Assembly: GCA_030704615.1 (NCBI GenBank)
Contig: CM060733.1
Location: 68,758,001-68,822,000, forward strand
Direction: 5' to 3'
Length of the DNA stretch: 64,000 nt
Origin: Takakia lepidozioides
Lineage: Eukaryota; Plantae; Bryophyta
The position numbers and the translations under genes are program-made. Numbering within the stretch: position 1 is the stretch's first letter; every line of letters begins with the position of its first letter. Positions 1-11,154 of this stretch are shown here, one piece after another. Under the pieces are notes generated by a model that ran no database searches, was not told the DNA's origin, and saw only the letters and a program-made list of their open reading frames with translations.

Positions 1-3000
1 TGGAATTACAACGGAGTCTCTTTAGGTACACGTAGTACAAATGCTTGCAAGGGCAGTATGATGCCCCCTTGTTTGCCATGATCTGGAAGTCGGTGCAATT
101 GCAGGTGGGTAATTCTGAAATGGTGATGGTGTACACCTCATTGCGAACAGCTGAGCCCGCCGTGGCCATCTGATACACACGCCCGAATCCTGGTGGGGGC
201 ACTTCTGTCGAGCTCTGGATTGTACAGTTCATCCGAAGTGCATTCCCCATCCTTGTCTCGTTCACTTTTGAGGGAGGTCGCCGCCTCTTCGGTTTCCCCA
301 ACGGTGTGTAGGATGCTTAGAGCTGTCGTGTCCCATTGTTCTTGCTCTCACAGGGGTCGGTGGTGGAGGCTGTGGAAGCGGAAATGGTTCTCTGGGGACG
401 TCAGTGCGCTGCACCATCCGAAATCCTGCGGCGGTAAGGGCGTCGGCCTCAACCTGACTCAGATCGCAGCCTGGTTCCACCGGCCACACCGGGGGAGCCT
501 CTGGCATTGTTTGTATGTCGTACTTGGGCTTTCCATACACGCAAGTCATAATGTCGTGCCTGCAGAACCAGAACTGGGTGGTTGTCGCCTCCGCAAACTT
601 TGCATAGACAAATCTTCCTGTAAAAGTAGGAGCAGGGACAGCCCCATCTGGATTCCTCCTTATCATCTCTAAACAACGTTGCCGTGTATCCACACGAATT
701 GCGGAACACCTTCCTCGAAACGACGGCTTTGTGCGAGCAATTCTCCACTGTGATGCAGACACAGTCGTCTCCACAATGGCTTAGCCATACTGCATAACAG
801 CGGGCGGAATGTGGGGCAAGGGAGCGGTGGGAATTTTTTGCACGAAATCCCCGGTTGAAGGCGACGGCGATTTGGAATTTCTTGGGCTTCCACTGCTGGA
901 AGACACATTGTGCGGCAACATGACGGGACCTCGAGGTGCTGTCCGAATGTTCCTGTCGGATCTCCAGGAATCCTCTTCGCACCCGGGTTCCTCTTCAATC
1001 CTCCGCCTGACAGGGCGAGTCCGGACGTCCCCCTCTAGGTGTTCACCTCTGCGGTGCAGAGGCGTCCCTTTGATCTTCTCTCGCAATGCTGTCGCCCATT
1101 TCACTGGATTCTTGGACCTCGAAGCTGTTCGTACCAACAATTCCTCCCTGTCCGGCCCAAAGCCCCATTGTTTGCCACTCAGGAACTTGTAGTACGTGGC
1201 TTGCTGCATGATTGCTCTGTCGATGTCCTATGTTGTGGCCGTCACTACGTCCACCAGATGTGCGGCAGAAGACGCTCGCCAGGAGGAGTGGACCGATTCT
1301 GCCATATTCGTGTTCGGCATGTCCGTGTCGGAATCCAAGCACCGCTCCTAGAAGGACACAAACAATGGTGAGGGACCAATCAAAATGTCCGTAACAGAAA
1401 GACAAATGAACGAAATTGACAGCAGCCTACCTCCCGCATGTACTGTCCGAACTGTTGATACCGAAAATGCCACCACCCCAACCAGCTGTGCAATGCTCCC
1501 AGATTGGTTGTCTCCACTGCACCTGACGTGTTCCACCAAGCCTCGATGATAGCAAACTTAACCTCCGCGTCATCAAATGTGGGTGCATCCTTCCACGCCG
1601 TACAAAGGACACGGTGTTCAGGGTGGAATGAGCTAGCAACAAATTTGGTAGTGTAGTGGGATAGACTCTGCATCCAATGGAATCCACAGGATCTCTCTTT
1701 CCCCTCCATTGGAACATTGGGGTCCTCACCGTACACACGCCGCACCGCTGCCCAGTTGGCCTGAGCGTTGTCTGCCATGAATCCCCTGAAATTGGGCTCT
1801 GGCAATCCCGCCCTTGCCATCTGCTCGTTTATGCCCTCCCACAGATGCATCTCGGACTGTGTATCCTCCCCTTTCATCTCGCAGATTGCAATCGTCATGA
1901 GCCTCTTGGAGTGATAGTCATAAACATGCGCACCCATAGTCACCCACTGATGGTTTGTAATTCGCTTGATGTGATCAAACATCACCCAAGCATTCGACAA
2001 GTTTCCAGTTGTCATGCGAGTGACCAAGTCGACTCCACTCCCAGGCCCACACGTCGACATTTTGAAAATGTAACAACGATCGGATTCGCTGCCTTGCCCT
2101 GTAAACCTGCTACCTTGGATGTAGTCATATCCAGTCATTCGTTTCACCTCCAGGATTGAGTACATGTCCGACCCCCTGCCGAACTCCTGCTTGCAAGATA
2201 CGATGTGATTCCGCACATTCGGACTACAAACGTGCGAGACGGACTCCAAGAGGTCACGCATCTCGTCTTCGGTCAAGGGCTCTCGGTCAGAACCATCTTC
2301 AGACATGATTTTGCCAAGAGCAATCTTGTGGGCTGCCTTCAGCTGAATCTGCTTTGGTCTGGCTCCGGGGCTCAATTTCACCTCCTCTTTTATGATGTCG
2401 TGTGCTTCCTGCACAGCCTCACGCATGTTGCCTCTCGCCAAGGGGTGGCAGTGGACCCCAACGTGTATGCAAGCTCTAGTCAAGTCCGGGAGCAAATGGA
2501 TTACGTAATATTGCTTGGCTCTGCACATGGACATGCACGTCGGTGGTTCTTTGCAATGTGCACACTTGAAAGAACCCGCAGGAGCTTGGCTGGAGACAAT
2601 GAATGGATGATGCGTTGTGCCAGTCCAATCCGTCTCGTTTCTCTCCGCCCTCCTTTGGAGAGAAAGTGGAAGCAGGTGGGATTGAGGCACCTCAGCTTCC
2701 CCGCACAGAGGACATATCGTACACGAACACCATCAGCAATTTTCGTGCTACTGGTCTTCGTCACACACCAGGGGTGTCCGTCATGCTTTCGATCCATGTC
2801 TGTTAACATCCCGGAGGCTTTCTTTGACGAAGAAACAGGTGGAAACTCGAAGATGACATTGCCATCGACTTCGGGAGGCAGAAAAGTTACCTTTCTGACT
2901 GGGAATTTGGCATAGTCGAGAGCAGCCAGCTCGGAGCGAGAACCATCGAGGTGATGTTGTCGTAGGAGCTGCACAATGGACCGGGTTGGAGTTATGCTCG

Positions 3001-3526
3001 AGGGCACATGCGTAGCACCGACAGAGACGTCCATGCCGGATTTGAACGACCGTGTGGAGGACATGGGTACCTCAATGCAATCATCTTCCTTGTCGGAAAT
3101 GTCGAATACGTCCACACGAGAAGCTATGGAGGGTCTTGACGGTCCAGGTCGGGAATGATTATCGTTGCATACCTCTCTGTTGGCAGTGGCCGCCTCTCGG
3201 TTTCCGGACTCCTTTGTGGATGGTGTGGGCAGCGACTGATTCGGAAAGGGAATGGGCATTCCCACAGCTCGGTACAGGATGGTGTCTGACGGGGGAACGT
3301 GCCATTCGATTCCGCAACCTCCGTCGTTACCTAGCACGACAATGGTCTCGTCAACCTGTCCAGGAACATCCTTCCTTTCTTCTTCCAAATAAACTGTGCC
3401 CGGTTTGAGCTTGAATTTGGAACAAAGGTAAGTTTCAGTCACTCTGCAAAGTCCTCCCTCGTTTGGGATCCAGGCTCTCCCAAGTTGTGGAGGACAGCAA
3501 ACTATAGCGTAGGAATTCGGAGCCAT
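1..3526 (-). pseudogene. Mutator-like DDE transposase (GCM/WRKY-like Zn domain, DDE core, C-terminal SWIM finger), disrupted
   Basis: Likely ATG at 3526 (MAPNSY). Zn region CAGKLRCLNPTC...CAHC...IHVGVHCHP. DDE core WVMFDH, FMADNAQANWAAV, CGFHW (CxxH) and TNMAESVH after a GT-AG intron at 1348-1430. SWIM motif YTITISELPTCNCTDF...PCKHLYYVY within 1-250. Lesions: frameshifts near 2640 and near 300, in-frame stops at 1228-1230 and 781-783. Confidence 0.85.
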
Positions 3527-3947
3527 CGAACACCGCACGGAGTTGGCAAGTGCGAGGTTCAGTATAGCGACAGACCAAGGCTCACAGGCACCATCTAAGT
3601 GGATCTGCGGAGTCCATCGACGATTGGAAGTCGCACATTGAAGTGGAAAGTATTGTTTCAAGCTACATGCATGAAGGTGGGAGGTTTGATTCCATAGTCA
3701 GTAAGTATGACAATGATGGCCGATTCGGCGACGAAATAACATCTCCTGACAGTTTCTCCTGAGGGTGGATCCAGCAGTATTCTCGGTGCAGACAGGAACG
3801 TTCGCACTGACAAGTGCCAGGACTGTTGGTTAAAACGGTCAGACAACCAAGTTGTGCTCATCAAGATTGGCCGCAATGTTTTTCGGAAAATGCAACCCAT
3901 TTAGGTTCCAGATTTCCCGTCCCGAGTGATTCTTTCGATTGCTGGTG

Positions 3948-5730
3948 AACGGAAATACGGCGCCGCATTTCCGTTTTGCTTCTTGGTCATGCACCAGAGC
4001 GACGGAAATGCGGCACCGAGTTTCCGTCCGGAGGAAACCTTTATACTCTCCAGAACGGGAATGCGGTAACGCATTTCCATCCAGCAAGCACGGTATGTGA
4101 AGGTGGAACGGAAATGCGGTACCGCATTTCCGTTCTGATTGAGAATTATGAACAACGGGAACAGAAATGCGGCACCGCATTTCCGTCCGAGTCGCACTTT
4201 TCCGACATTCCAGAACGGAAATGCGGCGCCGCATTTCCATTTTGTATCTGATGCATGGAGCTGAGGGATAGAAATGCTGCAGCACATTTCCGTCCTTAAA
4301 AGACATTCATACTATCCATAACGGAAATGCGGTACCGCATTTCCATCCACCAAGCACGGTATGTGAAGGTGGAACGGAAATGCGGTACCGCATTTCCGTT
4401 CTGATTGAGAATTATGAACAACGGGAACTGAAACGCGGCACCGCATTTCTGTCCGAGTCGCACTTTCCGACATTCCAGAACGGAAATGCGGCGCCGCATT
4501 TCCATTTTGTATCTGATGCATGGAGCCGAGTGCGATTCCGACAGCTTCATACAGCGCAATTCCGACCGCTTGAGACATTCATACTATCCAGAACGGAAAT
4601 GCGGTACCGCATTTCCGTTCTGACTGAAAATCGTGAACCATCTGAACTGAAATGCGGCAGCGTATTTCCATCCGAGTCGCACCTACCAACATTCCAGAAC
4701 GGAAATGCGGTACCGCATTTCCGTTCTGACTGAAAATCGTGAACCATCGGAACTGAAATGCGGCAGCGCATTTCCATCCGAGTCGCACCTCCCAACATTC
4801 CAGAACGGAATGTATTAGATTCAAAAGGGAAATGCGGCACCGCATTTCCGTTCTGATGAAATATCCTGAAACATCGGAACTGAAATGCGGTACCGCATTT
4901 CCGTCGGAGTCGCACCTTCTGACATTCCAAAACGGAAAAGCGGCGCCGCATTTCCGTTTTGTATGTGAGGCATGGAGTTGTGGAACGAAAATGCGGCACA
5001 GCATTTCCGCCAGCGTCAGACGTTAATACTCTACAGAACGGAAATGCGGTACCGCATTTCCGTTCTGACTGAAAATCGTGCGCAACGGGAACAGAAATGC
5101 GGCACCGCATTTCCGTCCGAGTCGCACCTTCCGACATTCTAGAACGGAAATGCGGCGCCGCATTTCCGTTTTCTATATGGGGCCTGGAGCTGTGCTACGG
5201 AAATGTGTTGCCGCATTTCCATCCATGTGAGACCTTCAAACTTTCGAGACCGGAAATGCGGCACCGCATTTCTGTCCAGGTGAGACCTCTATACTTTCCC
5301 GAACGGAAATGTCGCACAGCATTTCCAATCATCAACTAACGTATGTGAAGGGGGAACGGAAATGCGGTACCGCATTTCCGTTCACATTGAAAATCATGAA
5401 CCACGGGAACTGAAATGTTGTGCCTCATTCCCGTCCGAATCGCACCTTTCGACATTCCAGAACGGAAATGGGCGCCGCATTTCCCTTTTGAATCTCATAC
5501 ATGGAGCTGTGGGACGGAAATGCGGCACCGTAATTCCGTTCAACAACTAAGGTATGTGAAGGTGGAACGGAAATGCGGTGTTGCATTTTCTTCCAACAAG
5601 TACGGATGTGTAGCTTCGTGATGGTACTTAACGGAAATGCGGCGCCGCATTCGCATTTTCGCTCCAACTGATCAGACGCTGGGACGGAAATACCTTGAAA
5701 TGTGAACACGTGGAGCAACGGAATTGCTGC
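3948..5730. repeat. Tandem array of 22-bp palindromes GGAAATGCGG(C/T)(G/A)CCGCATTTCC, about every 50-55 bp, in ~270-bp higher-order units
   Basis: About 30 copies visible (e.g. 3951, 4110, 4217, 4323, 4376, 4482, 4594). Spacers recur (gttctgattgagaattatgaacaacggg; gtccgagtcgcac...gacattccagaac). Confidence 0.95.
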
Positions 5731-6004
5731 ACATGTCGGCACTCTATCTGACTGAAGGGGCATGAGGCGGCGCGGCCTGACCGTTGGATAATGATGTTTG
5801 TTTTTCGGACGGCAGGCGTACCCTCAACGATTCGAATTTCGTAATGACGCAAACTCCACGAGGAGACACTTTCGTCCAACCCTTTCGAACCCAAGTGGTG
5901 CATCACCGCCGTTTCATCTACTTTTGTCGTGTCTCCTCAGTCACCCCTCTCGCGCCCTTTCCATCTGCACTCTTTGCCCCTTTTCCCTCTCTCTGTTCTT
6001 CTTA

Positions 6005-9000
6005 TGCTCGAACCTGAGAGGGGGGGAGTTCGTGCACCAGACAGGAGACCTCGTCGCAAGCTCCGGAAATTATACTTCGGACGTAGGCCAATGCCGAAGG
6101 GAGGAAGCAGATGCGTCTACAGGAGGAGATTGCCATCTCCGAGCAGCAGGCCACTCAGGCAACCCAGCCACCAGTGAGAGCTCCATGCGATCGGGCTGCG
6201 CGCAGCTGATCGAGCACCGAACCCCCCATTTTGCTTCTGTAATTCTTAGACTGAATGCTTGGAGACTTGAATGCAGAACATGTTTGCATGCCTAACAGGA
6301 AAGGTGGACGTGCAGGAGGGATCGCAGGAATCCGAAGAGCCGCAGGAAGAGTCCGAGGAGCTAGCTGCAGCACGTACACCCACCCGATCCCCGAGCGCGG
6401 GTATTCCTGCCGGGCCTAGCCCTGTGCGATTCAAAGACGCGTCTTCAAGGGCAAGTTCAAAGCCCCAGAGATCGACTCGCGTTCTTTGTCATGGAGAATC
6501 GCCAGCAGGGGTCGGGCCCTTCTCCAGCAAAGTCGAAGAAGAAGCAGCCCGTCCCTCTACTGGCTTCTGAACCGGCTCAGGCCGATTCACCCCCCCCAAC
6601 GCGAATGAAGCAGCAGGGTAGAAGACAGATTCAATTGCAGCAGACACCTTCACCTGCAAGGATGAGGAAGCAGAAGGCAATCAGGGCGACGGGCGAACAA
6701 TCTCCCGCAAAACCGCTTCCACGAGCTGAAGCTCAGTTCCTGGAGGATTTCCCGCCTGCAGATGTTGGGGCCGACTCTGCTGCAGCGAAGGCAATGGGAT
6801 CGACCGTTGATCTCGATTTGGTACCGGAGGAGGGTGCTGCCGCTGAACGTTCACAGCCAGACCTCACCACCGATGAGCAAGCAGGCCCGGAGGAGGCCTC
6901 TGCAATGGCAGAATTGCCCGCAGACAGGCCCCAGAGTGCAGCTCCAGTTGAGGATGCTCCAGCTGCTCAGCCACTACCGGCACCTACAGACATGTCTCCG
7001 GAGGATTTCAAAAGTGCAGCGGATAAAATGTTGGAGGAGACACACAGTAGCATGGCAGAGTTCTGGGCAGCAGGGTATTCCAGCGGACTCTTCGAATCCC
7101 ACTCTGTCGCATGGTCTCCCTTCCCATCGTCAGGCAGGCCCTTCCCGGAGATGTGGATAAGCTCAAGTTGCATTTCGAGAAGGGTACCGTCTGGATCGGC
7201 AGCGTTTTACGTTTCCATTGAGAATGAGGACGGCGAAACTCGTGGACCCACTGCCGATGAATTGTCAACGTGGGATACCCACTGGCACACTCGCAACGAC
7301 GAATTTGAGGCGACGCTGAAGGGTGATCCAGACTTCGGCCATATGTCGGGTAAAATGTTCTTTGTGTGGGACGGGAATCACCGACTTCTCGCCTGGTGGG
7401 AGTACATCAAGCAGAACCATGCCAAGCACATTGGCTGGCATTACATGGTGGAGTGTGTCATCCTCAAGGTGAAGGCGGCAGACTCCTCCCTGCTCAAGAA
7501 TGCCATGGCGGACCTCAACTCGTAAGATACTCATACCCTCCCTAGCACGTTCGAAATGCGGTGCCGCATTTCGGTTTCCATTCTGGTTTGTTTCCGTGCT
7601 TCCGTGTACTGAACTGGAGAGTGTGCCTTGCAGGGTCACTGAGAATGCGTACGTGCATACCCACATGGCACATATGCTGTACATGGTGAGGAAAAACTGT
7701 CTCACTGATCCGCAGATGTTTGCGGAAATGCTGGAGCCCGAGCTCATTCAGAAAGCCGTTGCAAAAACAGACCGGACATGGTATCGTCTCACTATGGATG
7801 GAATGGTGGAGGTGATATACGAAGTAAGTCGTCCTCCAATTTCCCTCTGCTCATCCTTCCCCAATTTTCAGTAATGTTTCCACATGAATCGAATGTAACG
7901 CTTCTGCATGTTTTTGTTGGCAGTCAAACATCAAGCTGGATTTGGCCCATGCCAAACGCTTCTTCATGGAAAGTGAGGGGCAGGTCAAACTTTGCAGTCA
8001 TTGACTGAGCACTTGAAGGAAGCCGGTGTCAAGTCCAGAACCAAATACAAGTCAAAGCTTGTGAAGCTGGTGGCAATTGCAGATCCGGCACTTGGAAAGG
8101 ACTTCATCCCCGAGATTGCAAAACACTATTCTCGGGCCATGCAGCCGACCATGCAATTGGAGAAACTGCATCACCTCTCAACGGCATGTGTGGAGGCGAA
8201 AGAGAAGGTGAGGTTTCAATGCACTGAAGTTCCTTCCTAGCAATAGCCACTCTCTTCCAGCTCCTGACATTGGATCGGAAATGGCAGACACGGTGGCTGT
8301 CGATCTGGAATGCATCCGAGAGCATAAGGACAATGTGGTCTTTTCCACTGAAGTTTCCGACCCTGCAGTGGATGTGTGGCTCAACCGTATGACTTGGTGG
8401 TTCCAGGTAATTCAAGGTACTTCCCCAGATTTGCTTTTCTGACATGAATTCCCTGAACTGCTACGTGACAATGGATTTGGGAATCGCAGGTAATGTCGAA
8501 TGCGAAGGAGCAAGTCGTAATGCACACAAATTCGTTCGGCTTGTACGTCAAATGGGATGGAACACAGACATTGGAAGACTACGTGACACGTTTCAGATGT
8601 GCGTACAAGGACAACCTTTTCGCCAGAGAGCTACAGACAGCAAGAAGGAGCGTGGAGTTTACACATCAGGAGGGAGCGGGGAAAGCTGCAATGCGAATTG
8701 TTTACAGGTGAAGCACAGCTGCCCTTGTATGCGAAGCCTGGTTACGAGGTTTGTCTCGGAATGCGGCACCGCATTCGCATTTTATGTTTTCGGTGGCACT
8801 CTGCAGTAGGTTGGTCTCAACTTTTGCTCACGCATGCTGACTGCCTTGCAGGTATATGAAATACGTGCTCCTTCAGACAGGGGCCCTGGCTCAAGAGCCC
8901 CCGTTCTTCATGGCTTGGACCGTGGCGGGCCCAAGCTGTGTCTACACACCCGAGATGCAGAAACAATGGCATCCCGCGCATCTCGTTGGATGCCCGTGGT

Positions 9001-11154
9001 ACCTGGACATGTCTGGCGGTATTGTTGACGAGTCTGAGAAAGATCTGCACGCCTTGGCAGAAGAGAAGAGAAAGGAAAGACGTGTCCTGCTGGGCCAAAG
9101 TCGGCAAAGGAATCTGCTGCTCTGGAAGAATCCAGAAAGGCAGCTGAGATGGCACAAAAACGGTGGATGCAGCTGTGCAGGCCCAACAGAAGGGGTCGAA
9201 GAAGAGGACTCGCCAGCAAGGAGCAGCTGTTGTGACACCCGCCAAAACGAAGAAGCAGAAACAGCCTGTTCAGGAAGAGGGTGAGGAAGAGGACTCCGAT
9301 GGAGACTTTGCAACCAGCCCACCCCCCCAAACGCAGGCTGCCTCCCCTGTGCCCACCGTTGTCACGAGAGGCACGAGAACTGGCTCGGCAAAGAAGGCAC
9401 TCTTCAACCCCCAGGGGGGCACCCTTTCGAGCCGGTGGAAATGAAGAGGCCGAAAGTGGCTCCCGAAACAGTAGTCCAGTGTGTAAATGAGAGTTTCTTG
9501 GCGGCTTTGGATGGACGGGCAGCCAAGTTGGCATACATGAAGACCATGGAGGGTCTGAAGGGCAGAGCACTGAAGAAGGCGACTGCCGAAGAGCCTTCCG
9601 ACACCCCAGGATTTCAGAATATGGTCTCGTTCTTTGAGAGGGTGTGTGCAGACAAGGATTGTAGGAGGGGCGGAAATGCCACCGAGTGGTCTTGCGATAT
9701 GATCATCTTGGATATTCCGGACGGAGAGCCTGTGGAAGGACTGCAAGCTTTGCCATCTTGGAACAGGTACTCGGAGGACTTTTGGAAGAAAGGATTCGGG
9801 CTTGCCCGCATGGTGTTGGACGACAGAGGCTGTGTGGTTGTCCTGGCGAGCAGAGGAAAAAACACTCAGACAGAATTGCGAAGTGGACCCGCAAGAAGCG
9901 CCGTCCCCGATTCTGAAAAAGAAGTGGACGTGCATCAACACATGGGCCTTCGTCGGAAGGGAAGAAGGTGATTACGACACTGGCACTCGTCCATTCATTT
10001 GCTTGGGTGTTTTCAAATGCGGTGCCGCATTCGTTTCTAATCGTTTCCCCCCTGTGTATGCAGACGAAGCAGTTCGATGCATACTGCTTTGTGAAGGAGA
10101 ACACTTTGCTTTCCTTCCGGAAGGAGGGAGGAAAGGTTGACCCCGACTGCGACCCACTCGATTACGACGTTCTGTTCAACAACGTTCCCAAGGAACTTCT
10201 CCCTCATAGCCTCACTTCAACGGAACCCCTGCGGTACTCACGGACTCGGAGCCCTGCCTTCATTCAGACAATTATGGAGACATGCACAGACGTGGAGGGC
10301 ACAGTGCTTGACCTCATCTGTGGGACAGTATGCAGAATCTTGATCTATGCTGTTCTGCAAATTCTCGTTAGGATGTAGTTCGCAACATCTGAAGCGCCAT
10401 GTGGTAATGTGTGGATGGCATTGTAACAGGTGCCTCAATGGGCTGGGCGGTTTTCCGACCGGCACCTCTTTGCCTACGAGGAGGATTCATCCGTGTGGGG
10501 ATCCCATCTGGAAGGGCTGCAACGGAATGTTAAGGCTCCCGACAGAGCGGAAGTCTCCTCGGATTCGTCGGAGTCCGAGGAGACACAGTTGACATTGATT
10601 CGGAGGAGAACCCGAATACGAGTGAGTGCAAACATTGTAAGTTTGCAAAGCCTTCTGGGTCATTTTATGTCAAACGAATTTCCCGACTGTGGTTCTCATT
10701 AGTCTCGTTGATGATTGTCCATTGCAGGATTGCAGGGTCCGGGTCGAACATGTAGGGCCTACACTTCCTGCCAGGAAGAATGTCCCGTTCTTTGCGAGGG
10801 CCGACTCATGACGAGCCCGGTGAGGGACTACTCCCTTCCAGTTTATGCAGCTAAACTCGCAAATACAGCGATTAGAAGAAGTGAGAATCCAGTAAGTAGA
10901 GCAGATTTGGAGAGGGCTAGGGAGGACAGAAGGATAAGGAAGATTGGAGCAGCAGCTCAGACAAGTAGAAACGGTTACGAAGTACATATGTTATTCAGCG
11001 AATGAGAGCGACGCAGACAGGAGGAAGACGAACCCAACGGAGGTGAGATGGACAGTTTCCGCAAGGGGAAGATTGGATTTTCGAAAGCTGGCCAACGAGC
11101 TATGTCCCGCATGGAGATGATAAAAGGCACTGAGGGGGTGGAGGCGAGCAGGAC
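6005..11154 (+). pseudogene. Multi-exon cargo gene: ParB/Srx-like N-terminal domain fused to a beta-class N6-adenine/N4-cytosine DNA methyltransferase-like domain (copy A, frameshifted)
   Basis: N-terminal peptide RRKLRKLYFGRR. ParB-like FFVWDGNHRLLAW (7358-7396). MTase motif IV-like CDMIILDIPDG (9693-9725), LARMVLDDRGCVVVL, and RTRSPAFIQTIMETC...VLDLICGT|GASMWAG..DRHLFAYE (motifs X-I-II across an intron). Likely GT-AG introns 7522-7633, 7824-7923, 8208-8260, 8407-8489, 8708-8850, 9968-10063, 10328-10429, 10622-10727, several shared with copies B or C. Confidence 0.75.

Larger units (their letters stand above)
1..11154. mobile_element. Large Mutator-like DNA transposon, copy A: transposase (-), palindrome array, ParB-MTase cargo gene (+); both ends outside readable sequence
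   Basis: Contains the MULE-type transposase, the array and the cargo gene. Homology to copy B (last exon RDYxLPxYxAxLA...IRRS and EVRWTV) continues up to the N gap at 11155. Confidence 0.8.

Noticed and set aside
193-3408. Plus-strand ORFs overlapping the copy A transposase (also 40510-41544 and 56768-57355 for copies B and C)
   Set aside because: Antisense shadows of the transposase with no independent motifs.
3948-5730. CRISPR-like look: 22-bp palindromic repeats with ~30-bp spacers
   Set aside because: Spacers recur in higher-order units, there are no cas genes, and the context is a eukaryotic transposon.
3839-5763. Many short ORFs with MRRRISV / KCGTAF / GNAAPHF repeats (similar ones at 53819-54735 and 57745-59615)
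   Set aside because: These are translations of the palindrome in different frames, not proteins.
6005-11154. Bacterial or phage contamination as the source of the ParB-MTase gene
   Set aside because: The gene has GT-AG introns at positions conserved between copies and is embedded among plant transposons.
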